In this document: piece by piece, positions 45,414-55,200 of the stretch
Numbering within the stretch: position 1 is the stretch's first letter
How the letters are laid out: every line of letters starts with the position of its first letter
NCBI GenBank assembly: GCA_964580055.1
Contig: CAZOJI010000010.1
Coordinates: 4,367-68,366 of the forward strand
Length of the DNA stretch: 64,000 nt
Direction: 5' to 3'
Source: an uncultured Gemmatimonadaceae bacterium
GTDB taxonomy: Bacteria; Gemmatimonadota; Gemmatimonadetes; Gemmatimonadales; GWC2-71-9
The notes under the pieces: model-generated
What the model saw: the letters and a program-made list of their open reading frames with translations, nothing else
Databases searched by the model: none
What the model was told of the DNA's origin: nothing
Made by a program: the position numbers and the translations under genes

Positions 45414-45976
45414 GTATCACCAATAGTAACAACCGATCCCGGTCGTCCAAACTCGTCGTCCTGCGCAGGTGGAGCCGATGGATCGCGCAGCCAGGTCTCG
45501 CCATCCACCAAGAACGCGTAGCGGTAACGTCCTTCTACGAGTGCAACAGTCACCGACCAGACACGGCTGTCGTCCACCAGCTCCATCGGGGTGGCCGAAG
45601 GATTCCAGTCGTTGAAATCTCCGACCAACGACACTGCTTCGGCGGACGGTGCAATGATCACAAACTGTACGGCGGGCCGCTCAGCTTCTGCCAGGTGCAT
45701 TTGACTCACTTCTTCCGGCACAGTGCCTCCCCGTCCCCACACGACCAAGGCGGCTATTCCCGCCGCCACAGCCAGGCCGCCCAGCGGGCTGACATTCACG
45801 GTACGTCCGCGCCAGAGCCAGTCAAATACGCCCCGGAGCCTCCGTGCCCAACCTCTTGGTGCGGAGGCGGACTCGATGGACGCCATCACGCGCGCGTCCA
45901 GCGCCGGATCTAAACGCACCGGTTCCTTGAGCAACCCGATCGCACTTTCGAGTTTGTCCGTGCCCTCAGTCACCAT
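45410..45976 (-). CDS. Single-pass anti-sigma-like protein with a C-terminal glycogen-binding (CBM48-like) domain
   Basis: Overlaps the ECF sigma gene by 11 nt. TM segment 'LGGLAVAAGIAALVVW'. 'VSLVGDFNDWNPSATPMEL...VWSVTVALVEGRYRYAFLVDGETWLRDP'. Confidence 0.65.
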   Translation of the reverse strand: MVTEGTDKLESAIGLLKEPVRLDPALDARVMASIESASAPRGWARRLRGVFDWLWRGRTVNVSPLGGLAVAAGIAALVVWGRGGTVPEEVSQMHLAEAERPAVQFVIIAPSAEAVSLVGDFNDWNPSATPMELVDDSRVWSVTVALVEGRYRYAFLVDGETWLRDPSAPPAQDDEFGRPGSVVTIGDT

Positions 45977-46538
45977 CGACCTCCGTCAGCAACTGGCGCA
46001 GTTCATCGCGTGCTCTGGCGACTCTCATCTTCAATGCCGAGAGCCCGGCGCCGGTCAGTTCCATCATCTCTTCGTAACTCAGCTCCTCCACATATTTCAG
46101 CAGGAATGCCTCTCTGTATGTATCCGACAACTGAGCAATCGCCCAGTTTATTTCCTCTCTCAGGGCGTCCCTGGATTCCGTGTGTGCCACCGATGCCCTG
46201 GCAATTGCGGGTTCGTTCTGTTGGACCCTTTCCTGGCGCCTGGCCCGCTGACCGCCGATGGTCCGACAGCGATTGACCAGGATGCCGAACACCCATGCGC
46301 CAAAGCGATCAGGGTCGGTGCACCTCGCGAGCGAACGGTATCCTCGTACGAAGGTTTCCTGTAATGCATCCTCCGCGTCGGCACTGTTGCCGAGCATTCG
46401 CACCGCGTAGCGTCCGAGACGGTCGCGGTAGCGGGCCACGAGTCCCGCATACGACTCTCTGTCGCCGTCCAGCACGCGCCCGACGAGCTCTGCATCGCTC
46501 TCCCCCTTCACGGCCTCAATACCCATCGTAGACGACAA
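45966..46538 (-). CDS. ECF-type RNA polymerase sigma-70 factor
   Basis: 'LVGRVLDGDRESYAGLVARYRDRL' (region 2) and 'SYEEMMELTGAGLSALKMRVARAR' (region 4 HTH). Start is TTG 46538 or ATG 46526. Confidence 0.9.
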   Translation of the reverse strand: MSSTMGIEAVKGESDAELVGRVLDGDRESYAGLVARYRDRLGRYAVRMLGNSADAEDALQETFVRGYRSLARCTDPDRFGAWVFGILVNRCRTIGGQRARRQERVQQNEPAIARASVAHTESRDALREEINWAIAQLSDTYREAFLLKYVEELSYEEMMELTGAGLSALKMRVARARDELRQLLTEVDGD

Positions 46539-46553
46539 TGGTCACTCGGTCCC

Positions 46554-46577
46554 GAAACAGGGGACGTGGTGTGACGT
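46554..46577 (+). promoter_or_regulatory. Weak ECF-type promoter candidate (GAAAC-N16-CGT) facing the DUF4382-like gene, followed by a 7-bp inverted repeat (46579-46600)
   Basis: GAAAC 46554-58, 16-nt spacer, CGT 46575-77. Then TTGATAC (46579-85), 8-nt spacer, GTATCAA (46594-600). Lies 68 nt upstream of GTG 46645. Confidence 0.25.
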
Positions 46578-46644
46578 GTTGATACATGGTCGGGTATCAA
46601 CGGGTGACTCAGATGAACCCTGATCAACAAACAAAGGAGCATGG

Positions 46645-47556
46645 GTGAAGCGGCTAGTGCCGTGCTTGATGTTGTCGTGCTCGTTGCTCGGCTTCGCAAA
46701 CGGGTGTTATCAAGATGCTCTTTCGGAGCCCGGTTTGCGAAGGGTCCGGACACGAGTGTTCTTGACTGACGCACCGTTTCCCTTTGGCAGTGTCGGTTCC
46801 GTGGAAGTCTACGTGCTCGAAATCGCTGCGTCCACGGTGCCCGACAGTTCAAGTGACACGCGGGTGTGGAGCGTGCTGGGTGCACCCATGGCCCGATTCG
46901 ACTTGATGCAGTTGCAACAGAGTAAGCTGGCGCTGTTGAGCGAGACAGAAATCTCGACCGGCCGTCTTCACGCTGTGCGGGTCACCATCGACTGCGACTC
47001 ATCGATGGTGAGATACGAGGATGGTGAGACGGCGAATGTAAGATGGCCGCACGGCGGCAGCGTCACGGTACTGGCCCAGGTAGAGGCACCGATATCAATT
47101 GCGGAAACCGGCGCGTCACTCGTGATCGACTTCGACGTGGGTCAGAGCTTCACCGCGACGCGTGGAGATCCATTGCACGACTTCGTTTTCACTCCGGTGA
47201 TCAGGGCGGTCGAAGCGGGCGGCACGGGGTCGCTCAGTGGGACAATTCGCGGGGACAGCGGGGGCGACGGTGCGCCGGATCCGTTGCATAACGCCTTGGC
47301 GTCGTTGTTCCGTGGCGATCCGTCAGCTTCACCCGACACCTGGTCGAAGGTCGCCCTCGGCCATACGGACTCAGGCGGGTACTACAAGCTCGGGTTCCTC
47401 CTTCCAGGGACCTACTTACTCCGCTTGGAAACTCCCAGCCACGAGCTTTTCGGAGGCTTGTTGGTCCACGAAGTCGAAATCGTTGCCGGCGAGGATTTCA
47501 CGTTCTCGGTGACACTTCCGGCGACTTCGGCCTCGTGGATTCCCTCATGGAGGTAG
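46645..47556 (+). CDS. DUF4382-like lipoprotein with a carboxypeptidase-regulatory-like C-terminal domain
   Basis: GTG lies 5 nt after AAGGAG. Lipobox 'GFANGC'. 'VFLTDAP...FDLMQLQQSKLALL...GRLHAVRVTID...LVIDFDVGQSF'. C-terminus 'GTYLLRLE'. Confidence 0.6.
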   Translation: MKRLVPCLMLSCSLLGFANGCYQDALSEPGLRRVRTRVFLTDAPFPFGSVGSVEVYVLEIAASTVPDSSSDTRVWSVLGAPMARFDLMQLQQSKLALLSETEISTGRLHAVRVTIDCDSSMVRYEDGETANVRWPHGGSVTVLAQVEAPISIAETGASLVIDFDVGQSFTATRGDPLHDFVFTPVIRAVEAGGTGSLSGTIRGDSGGDGAPDPLHNALASLFRGDPSASPDTWSKVALGHTDSGGYYKLGFLLPGTYLLRLETPSHELFGGLLVHEVEIVAGEDFTFSVTLPATSASWIPSWR

Positions 47557-47558
47557 TC

Positions 47559-49052
47559 ATGAAGCAACGGTTTGCTCTTTCTGTCCGGACTGTGATGATT
47601 CTCGGTGTTCTCTCGGCAAGTTTCCACGGGATCGATGCGCAGTTGATCTCTCTCAAGACGGTGCCAGTGGCAACGGGCGACCAGTTCCTGCTGTTTCCGT
47701 CCCACAACCTCGGAATGGGGTCAGTGGGAATCGCCGTTGACGATTCGATCGCCGATCCCTTCACGAATCCCGCCAAGGGGACACGCATTCGGGAATCTCA
47801 CGTCTTCACGTCACCCACCTACTACCACGTGAGTCAGGAAGCGGGGAGTGCAGGAGCGCTTCCCGTGGGCCTCGCAATCAAATCGGCGCATTTGTTTGGC
47901 GGAGGCATGGTATCCCTCCAGCAGGTCAAGCAAGGAGAGTGGTTTCGAAGATGGTGGGGAGTAACTGATGTGTTGCCGCCAGATGCGTTGAGATCTCAGT
48001 CAGCCACGAATAAGTACGGATTCTTGACTCTGGGAGCCGTGTTGCCCGGTGACGTGGCGGTTGGAGGAAGTGCTCTGCTGGCCGATTTCAACGCCATAGA
48101 CGGCGTCGAGCATCTCTACGCGAACAGTGCCGCGATCGAGCAGAGGGGCGATCTGAAGGACGTGCGGTTCGGTGCACTGAAGACATTCGAAGACGGCCGC
48201 ACATTCGAAGCTGTAGGTTTGTATCGGCGTTTTCACATGCAGCACGACGTCACATACGTGGATTGGCTGCCTATCGACACCCTCGATTGGGAGTGGGAAT
48301 ATGAAGTCAGGACCGAGGAGAACCTCGATGTGACCGACACATGGGGTATCCACTTCGGTTACGTACAGCCGGTAGGTACCGAGGGATGGCGCATAGGAGG
48401 CATCCTCACCGCCAATTGGAAGTCGCATCCTAAGATCCCCAACTACGAGATCATGAATATCCCGAGAGATCCGGGCAACAGTGCGGCGTTCGATCTGGGA
48501 TTTGGGATAGCAAAGGTCGCGGGCCCCACGACATTTGGAATCGATATCGTATACGAGCCGGGCAGCAGCGACACATGGGCCGAAGCGGAAGAGCGGCTCG
48601 AGACGGTCAGCGGCGATACGATCCGCGTGGGTGAGAAGACCATCGAGAATGAGTTCAGCTTTTCAAACGCCTTCGTCAACGTGGGAGTGACACGACGAGT
48701 AGGGCCCGCAGCGTTCCAGTTCGGCCTGGGCTTGAGGGCGTACGACTACCACCTCGATCAGTGGGACCACGTGGAGGAAGACACGCGCAGGGACGACGAG
48801 CAGTGGATGGAATGGGTGCCAAGCTGGGGCGCAAGAGTAGAGTTGAAGGATCTCGAGTTGCGTTATGCCGGGCGAGTCACGACCGGCACTGGCCGCCCCG
48901 GAGTCGGTTGGGGCGACGGTCGGCGAGCACCTGTGGGATTGGCGGCTGACGCCGGGGGGAACGACATACTGCTTGCTCCCAGTGGCCCGCTGACGCTTCA
49001 GGATGTCACCGTGATGACGCACCAGTTTTCGATCTCGGTACCGGTCCGCTAG
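47559..49052 (+). CDS. Secreted hypothetical protein, probably an outer-membrane beta-barrel
   Basis: ATG 47559 follows GGAGG. Signal peptide '...SASFHGIDAQ'. Beta-strand-like composition throughout. No family recognised. Confidence 0.5.
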   Translation: MKQRFALSVRTVMILGVLSASFHGIDAQLISLKTVPVATGDQFLLFPSHNLGMGSVGIAVDDSIADPFTNPAKGTRIRESHVFTSPTYYHVSQEAGSAGALPVGLAIKSAHLFGGGMVSLQQVKQGEWFRRWWGVTDVLPPDALRSQSATNKYGFLTLGAVLPGDVAVGGSALLADFNAIDGVEHLYANSAAIEQRGDLKDVRFGALKTFEDGRTFEAVGLYRRFHMQHDVTYVDWLPIDTLDWEWEYEVRTEENLDVTDTWGIHFGYVQPVGTEGWRIGGILTANWKSHPKIPNYEIMNIPRDPGNSAAFDLGFGIAKVAGPTTFGIDIVYEPGSSDTWAEAEERLETVSGDTIRVGEKTIENEFSFSNAFVNVGVTRRVGPAAFQFGLGLRAYDYHLDQWDHVEEDTRRDDEQWMEWVPSWGARVELKDLELRYAGRVTTGTGRPGVGWGDGRRAPVGLAADAGGNDILLAPSGPLTLQDVTVMTHQFSISVPVR

Positions 49053-49081
49053 CGAGGATACATTGGGAGCGAAGGGGCGCT

Positions 49082-52000
49082 TCAGTCTGATGAAGCATTC
49101 CCGCAGCACCAGCCTACCGGGGCAAAGCCGCAGTAGCGGCATTCCAGCGGGTCTTCAGCCGCGGTATTTGCCTCTCCCTCGATGCGCCGTGCGATGCTGG
49201 ATACAGACTGCGCTGCGCGGCGCCGCAGCCGGTCGTCCACCGGCTGGGAAACCTGAACCTGTGCCCGCGAAAACTGAAAGGCGAACCGGCCGGCCCGCAT
49301 TCCGGCGATTCCCTCCACAGCGGTTATGTAGACGTCTTGTTGCGGTTCGTAGAGTTCGGCCTTGCGGCGCGCGACTTCTTCATTGCACTGCGGTGTCTTC
49401 ACATCCAACAGCGCGAGTCTGTTCGCTTCCACAGCCGCGAGGTCGATGCTGCCCTCGTAGTACTCGTCCTCGGCGGCAAGATACAGAAAAGCCAACTCCC
49501 TGCGAGAATCGGGCAGGTCGGCGATCGTCCGATAGCCGGGCTCGTTCGCTACCCGCTCGATCTCCTCTCGCAGATGCATCCGATAACGCTCCCCGCGCCG
49601 TGTACCGCTTCTCGGAGCGTCCTGGTCGCGCCTTTGGATCGCATCATCTAGTAACAGTTCCAGGTCGGATTCTTCTCGGAGTCGCTCCAGCACATCGTGC
49701 ACTATCAAACCCCGTGTCAGTGCGTCGATCAGAGACCCACGACGTCTCTCGGGGACGGTCGGCTCACGGATTCCAAGCGTGTATTTGAACCAATGACGAC
49801 GCGGACATGCCGAGAAGGTCAGATACTCCGTGGCGGAATGCCTCGTTGCACTGGCCGATACTGATACTGGGTCGACTATGGGAGGCAGGGTGTCCAACGC
49901 ACGGGGTGGTGGAGGTTCCAGAACGCTGGCGGCTGTTGCAGAGGGGGGAGCATCGACAACTCGCACAATACCATCTAACCGTTCGCCGGCCGCGTTCTCG
50001 TAGTGAAAGCGTCTGCCGTCAGTAGCAGCGACGTTCTTCAATCCCTGCAGGAGGAAATCGGCTGCTTGAGAGGATCCCTGCTTTCCAACCCGGGCAGCAG
50101 AGATGCCGCACAGAATCAACCGTTCGATTGCTCTGGTAGCAGCCACATACCAGAGCCGTTTTTCTTCTGCCATGCTCTCGAAGGCGAGTCGTGCTTGCAG
50201 CGATTCGTAGTTTTCAGGTTGACTGTCGGCCGCGGGATCTCGCAACGCGATCGTTTTGCTCCCGACGATCATCCTGCCGGAGTTCCTGGTATTCAGTGCC
50301 AAGCCCAGCCCACCCCAAAAGACGATCCTCCATTCCAGGCCTTTGGCACTGTGTACGGTGCTGATAGTCACGGCATCTCCACGAGGAGTGATGGGCTCGC
50401 CGTCGTCTCTGTTCGCTTCTCTGCAACGGTGGATATGTGCAACGAACTCACTGGTGCTGAGGCGCGAGGCCTTGCGGGATTGCCTCAGCAATCTCATTAC
50501 GTTGCGGAACGCCTCGTCCTCATCGTGTCCCAGAATTCGTAGGTGTGCCATGTAGCCAGTGTCATAAAGAAGGTCCTCCAGCAGTTCATGCACCGGCTTT
50601 CTGTCACGCATGGCGGCGTAGTGAGACAGCATTGCAGTGCCGGCTGCCATGCGCTCAGCTTCCGCCTCTGCCAGTGATTCCGGCATGAGTGAGCCATACT
50701 GATCGGATGAAGGGCGAACCATTTCCCACAGGCAACCGTCCGCGCTGGAGCGCAGCTGCAGTAGAGTCTCATCTGAAATGCCGACGAACGGGCTCCTGAG
50801 ATAACCCACCAGTGCCCGATCGTCAGATGGGTCGCACAGGGTCTCCAACGCCAGCAAGAGATCCAGTATCTCTCTTTTCTCGTAGAAGCCCGAGCTTCTG
50901 AGGGAAAATGCTGGCACTCCTACAGCTTCGAGAGCATCTCTGTAGTCTGGTGCCATGGACCAGTTTCTGAGCAGCACAGCCATCTCGCCCCACTCATAAC
51001 CCTCTTGGCTCAGCTCTACCGCTCTCTTGGCAACAGCTGTTACCTCCAGTCTCCGACGGTCCGAGCTACTGAGGTCTTTGCCCTTTTCGTTGGCCGGCAG
51101 CATGATCACTTCCACCGGCGGCCCCACGTCTTGCTCACTGGTGCCGGTGGATAGTGCCTCGAACGGCACTTCGAAATCCTGCAGCCCTCCTGGTTGGGTC
51201 GGAGTGTCGAATGCCCTGCCGATGGTTGAGTCCACGATGCCGAGTATCTGTTTGGAGCAGCGGTAGCTGTTGGTCGTGGAACGTACGAGCCCCCACCCTT
51301 TCTGCTCGAAATCTGTTCTTACTTCGTGCCAAACCCTCACGTCGGCGCGCCGGAAGCGGTAGATACTCTGCTTGGCGTCGCCAACCAGCATCAGGCGCGT
51401 TGTGTCCGAGCGACCCGACGCCGGGTCTCCGAGTAGATAAGCGATTTCCTTCTGCACGGGATCGACATCTTGGAACTCATCGATTATCAGAGTTTTGATG
51501 CGACGTCTCAGGGCGGATCGTATCTGATGATGTTCGGCGAGCAAATCTCGCGCTTGGACTATGACCCGATCGAAATCGATCAACTCCGAACTGGCAAGCT
51601 CCTCGTCTAGGGCGGCAGCGGCGAGCAACGCGACATCTAGTATCGCGCGCTCCGGGGTAGGCAGATTCTCGTTCGCGGCGATGCGACGCAGACGATCGGT
51701 ATTGCGCAACAGATCTTCCACCATTTCGCGAATCTGTCTCGCTGAGAAGCGTGACAGCACGGTTGCCAAACCTGGTACGCCCTTGCCTTCCAAAACCCTC
51801 AAGATCGTGTCGCGGGTCACCTGCGAACGGATCGATTCGAGAACCGGCTCGTCGACGACCTCGTCGCGGGGATTGGCTCCCGCTTGCAGTGCGAATTCAC
51901 GCAGCAAGTCTAGGCAGAATGAGTGAATTGTCCCTATCCGAGCCAGTTCTATCTCGTAAGCCTCGGCGGTACGGCTCATCGACAGCAGGGCCCGTCTCAG

Positions 52001-52267
52001 CTTTCGTTTGAGGTCGGCGGCCGCGGCATTCGTGAATGTGATTGCGCCGATGTCCTTGATGCCGCACTGCATTCTGCCAACGGTCTTTTCTGGGGCTCCC
52101 TCGGGCGGTTCCAGGTCGACGCCGAGCAAGAATAGAATCCGGCCCACGACGGTGCGCGTCTTCCCGGTTCCGGCGCCCGCCGAGACCAGGATATGCCGGT
52201 CGACCGCGACCACTGCATCCCACTGCTGGCGCGAGAATTGCCAATCCGTCGCATTCGGTGCGGTCAT
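49082..52267 (-). CDS. addA: AddA-like UvrD-family helicase / RecB-type nuclease subunit
   Basis: ATG 52267 forms an ATGA overlap with the addB stop. 'SAGAGTGKT' (Walker A). Nuclease motifs 'LLDVKT' and 'YEPQQDVYITAV'. C-terminal 'CRYCGFAPVGWC'. Confidence 0.8.
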   Translation of the reverse strand: MTAPNATDWQFSRQQWDAVVAVDRHILVSAGAGTGKTRTVVGRILFLLGVDLEPPEGAPEKTVGRMQCGIKDIGAITFTNAAAADLKRKLRRALLSMSRTAEAYEIELARIGTIHSFCLDLLREFALQAGANPRDEVVDEPVLESIRSQVTRDTILRVLEGKGVPGLATVLSRFSARQIREMVEDLLRNTDRLRRIAANENLPTPERAILDVALLAAAALDEELASSELIDFDRVIVQARDLLAEHHQIRSALRRRIKTLIIDEFQDVDPVQKEIAYLLGDPASGRSDTTRLMLVGDAKQSIYRFRRADVRVWHEVRTDFEQKGWGLVRSTTNSYRCSKQILGIVDSTIGRAFDTPTQPGGLQDFEVPFEALSTGTSEQDVGPPVEVIMLPANEKGKDLSSSDRRRLEVTAVAKRAVELSQEGYEWGEMAVLLRNWSMAPDYRDALEAVGVPAFSLRSSGFYEKREILDLLLALETLCDPSDDRALVGYLRSPFVGISDETLLQLRSSADGCLWEMVRPSSDQYGSLMPESLAEAEAERMAAGTAMLSHYAAMRDRKPVHELLEDLLYDTGYMAHLRILGHDEDEAFRNVMRLLRQSRKASRLSTSEFVAHIHRCREANRDDGEPITPRGDAVTISTVHSAKGLEWRIVFWGGLGLALNTRNSGRMIVGSKTIALRDPAADSQPENYESLQARLAFESMAEEKRLWYVAATRAIERLILCGISAARVGKQGSSQAADFLLQGLKNVAATDGRRFHYENAAGERLDGIVRVVDAPPSATAASVLEPPPPRALDTLPPIVDPVSVSASATRHSATEYLTFSACPRRHWFKYTLGIREPTVPERRRGSLIDALTRGLIVHDVLERLREESDLELLLDDAIQRRDQDAPRSGTRRGERYRMHLREEIERVANEPGYRTIADLPDSRRELAFLYLAAEDEYYEGSIDLAAVEANRLALLDVKTPQCNEEVARRKAELYEPQQDVYITAVEGIAGMRAGRFAFQFSRAQVQVSQPVDDRLRRRAAQSVSSIARRIEGEANTAAEDPLECRYCGFAPVGWCCGNASSD

Positions 52268-55200
52268 GTTCCAGCCTCTCTCACATGCGGCGGCACTCTG
52301 CACACGTCATAAGCGGGGCAATATGCTGGGCAGCCGCAGCTTGGGGCCGGTCGGACAGGGAACCTTCCCTTTCTGACACTGGAGACGTGTTTGCATACCA
52401 TGTTTAGCGCATTATCCATCTTCGCCATGTCATTTTCGTTTCGAACCAGATCGCCTGTCTTCTTGTCCACACCATACAGCTGCAGGCAGTGAGCGCGAGC
52501 TTTGCCGGGCGACGCGCCGGGTTTGGTCTCACCCAAGGGGCGGTATTCAACGCGGGAGACTTCGGCGTGGTCGGTTAGCTGAGTCAGAGCGTGAGCATAC
52601 AGGGGAACCTGGAGTACCACGCCTTCATCCCAGGCTACACTCCTGCCTTCACCCGGTACGCCACGAATGCTCGATTTGTAGTCGATAGCGGCGACAAATC
52701 GTGAAGCATCCTCGATTCGTGCGTCCACGCCTCGATCGACACGATCGATGATGCCGCGGTATCTGAAAACCACACCATGCCTCTCCAAAACGACGTCGCC
52801 GTCCTCGCCGAATCTCAACTCGTGGTAATCAGCTCCCGTTCGGAGGATAGCGGCATCGCTCTTCCTCACGTCCTCCATTCTGTCATGGTGTTCCACCTCC
52901 CATGCCAAATATCTCAGCAGATCGCGTTTGAGCTCAGACCTCTTGAACGGCCGTAGTGTCGGGTGTCCCAGCCATGTGAGCTGCTCCATGTCGTCGAACG
53001 CGGTGTCCAAAACATCATTCATCAGCGACTCAGCCCATTCGAGATCCGACGACCGGAGAAAGACGGGTCTTCCCCTTTCGTCACCGGCTCGGTCGTAAAA
53101 CCGCGCCAATGCGTCATGCAGCAAAGAGCCACGAACGGTGGCTTCCATCTCTTCGTCGGGTTCTTCGAGTTTCTGGAGTCGTAGCAGCCTGATGGAGAAG
53201 TATGCCCACGGGCATTTTGCGTAAGTCTCGATCTGGGAAGGGCTCCATAGTTTGTTGTCGTCAAACCGCTCGGAAAGGTGTGATAGGAGACCTCGGTCGA
53301 TGATGATTCCGGAGAACGGCGATTCGACACCGCGTACTCTGTCGTACTCGATCTGCGCGCCGTGAAAGGCCTGGTCTCTCGCCGCGGCTGTGGGGGCGAG
53401 CGGAGTATCTGGAGTGATTGCAGCGTACTCGTCAACCGGGACAGTTGTTGCGTCGGCGACCTCGATTAGCGCCTCAATGAAGGAGGATCTGATTGTTTCT
53501 GCGCCGCGGAGGTTGATTTTCGGGTAGCTGATCGTGAGCTGTCCGGCTCCTCCGACTACTGAGCGAAACAGCTCGCGTTCCCGGAGGTCCCAGTCAGCTC
53601 TGGTATCGAGGTGAATTCCGGCGTTGCGGAGGCGACTCCTTTCATCGTCATCCAGGATCGGGGACCGCGACGCTGGGTGAGGGAAGGATCCGGCCTCCAT
53701 GCCAACGAGGAACACGTAGTCGAATCCACGGTGGCTTGCCGCCAACGCCTCCATTACCTGGACTCCGCGAGGAGATTCAGTCCAGACTCCGATCTGCCCG
53801 TCCAACAGATCTCGAAATCGCTTCGAGAACTCGCTCACCGAAATGGCGGTATTCCTGACAGGATCCGTTACGCCGGCATCTCCCCAACGGGCAACCGCGG
53901 ATTTCCACTCACTAATAAGGCCGTTGAGCGCGTGCCAGCCGGCCAGATCTCGCTTCACAGACGCGTACTCGCCCTCCGGTGCATCATAAATCTTCGCTTC
54001 GAAATCGAACGGGTCCCGCTGCATGAAGTCCTCGAGCCATGCTACCCAATCGTACAGAGTCTGGCGGCGATCCAGGTCGCCGGCGTGGCCGCGGAATGCG
54101 TCGAACTCCTCTAGGGTCTTGGCCGCGCACGCACTTGTCGGGCGGCGCACCGAGCCCGAACCGACTTTATCTTCGGATTCAAGCGGGCCGTCGGGTTGCC
54201 GGCTGAGTTCGTATATGGCGGCTCTCCACGCAGACAACCCCCTTATCGCTCTCCTGAAACCGAGGAAATCAAAAACGTCTGAGTCGAACAGCGGGCCGAA
54301 GAACGGCGACCTTGCCAGGTCGACCAGTCTCTGCCGAGTCCAACCGTCGGAAGCGGCGGCCAGAAGGCTCGCGACGGCCTTGATCACCGGGATCTCGCTG
54401 CAGGATGTTCTGAGCCGTGCAGTCGCCGGAACGCCGAAGACCTTCAAAGCTCGGACGGCCAGATCCACGTGAGGGCGGCCGCTCCGGGCCACAATCGATA
54501 CGCGGTGCGGGGGCGTTCCAGCGTCTACCAGGCGCCGCACCCTTTTCGCGACCTCGCCCATCTCCCTCTCGGTGTTGGGTGCCTCGATGATCGAAAAGCT
54601 ACCACGCGGCCGGGAGTTACCGTTTGGCTCTTTTGTTCCGAAGATCGACCTCGCCCAGACGTTGTCTCGTTTCTCCAGGTAAGTGACGGCGGCTGGGGGC
54701 AGATCGTGCAGCTCGGAACTGGTATACTGGTGCGTAACGTAGATGCGCACACGATCGGTCGCGGATGAATCGACCAGAGACGTCAACAGCCTTCTCCACC
54801 CACCACGCAGATCTGACAGGCCGTACAGGCGAATTTCCCTGCGCCCGCCCAGTCGCTCTGACAGTGCCTCGGGATCCTTCGCTACCAGCCGTGCAATTGA
54901 AGCCAACTCGTCGCGGCCGTCCCGCACTCCCTCTCTGTCCAACGCCTCCAAATAGTCTGCGTAGATGCTCGCGAGCTCCGATTGCTTGCGTTTGGGAAAC
55001 GACCCTTGGACTCCAGCCGCCGCCGCAGCGGTGGCTGTCTTGAATTCCTCTGCGGTCGTGCCCTCCGATATCAACTCGCCAATAAACCGGTCGAGACTTT
55101 CGAGATAGTAGTCGAGTCTGCGCAGGCGTCCGAAGACTTCCCCCCCGACACCGCGGACGATGCTGCCCAGGAGTGCCAACCGTTCAACGTCTCCTAGGGG

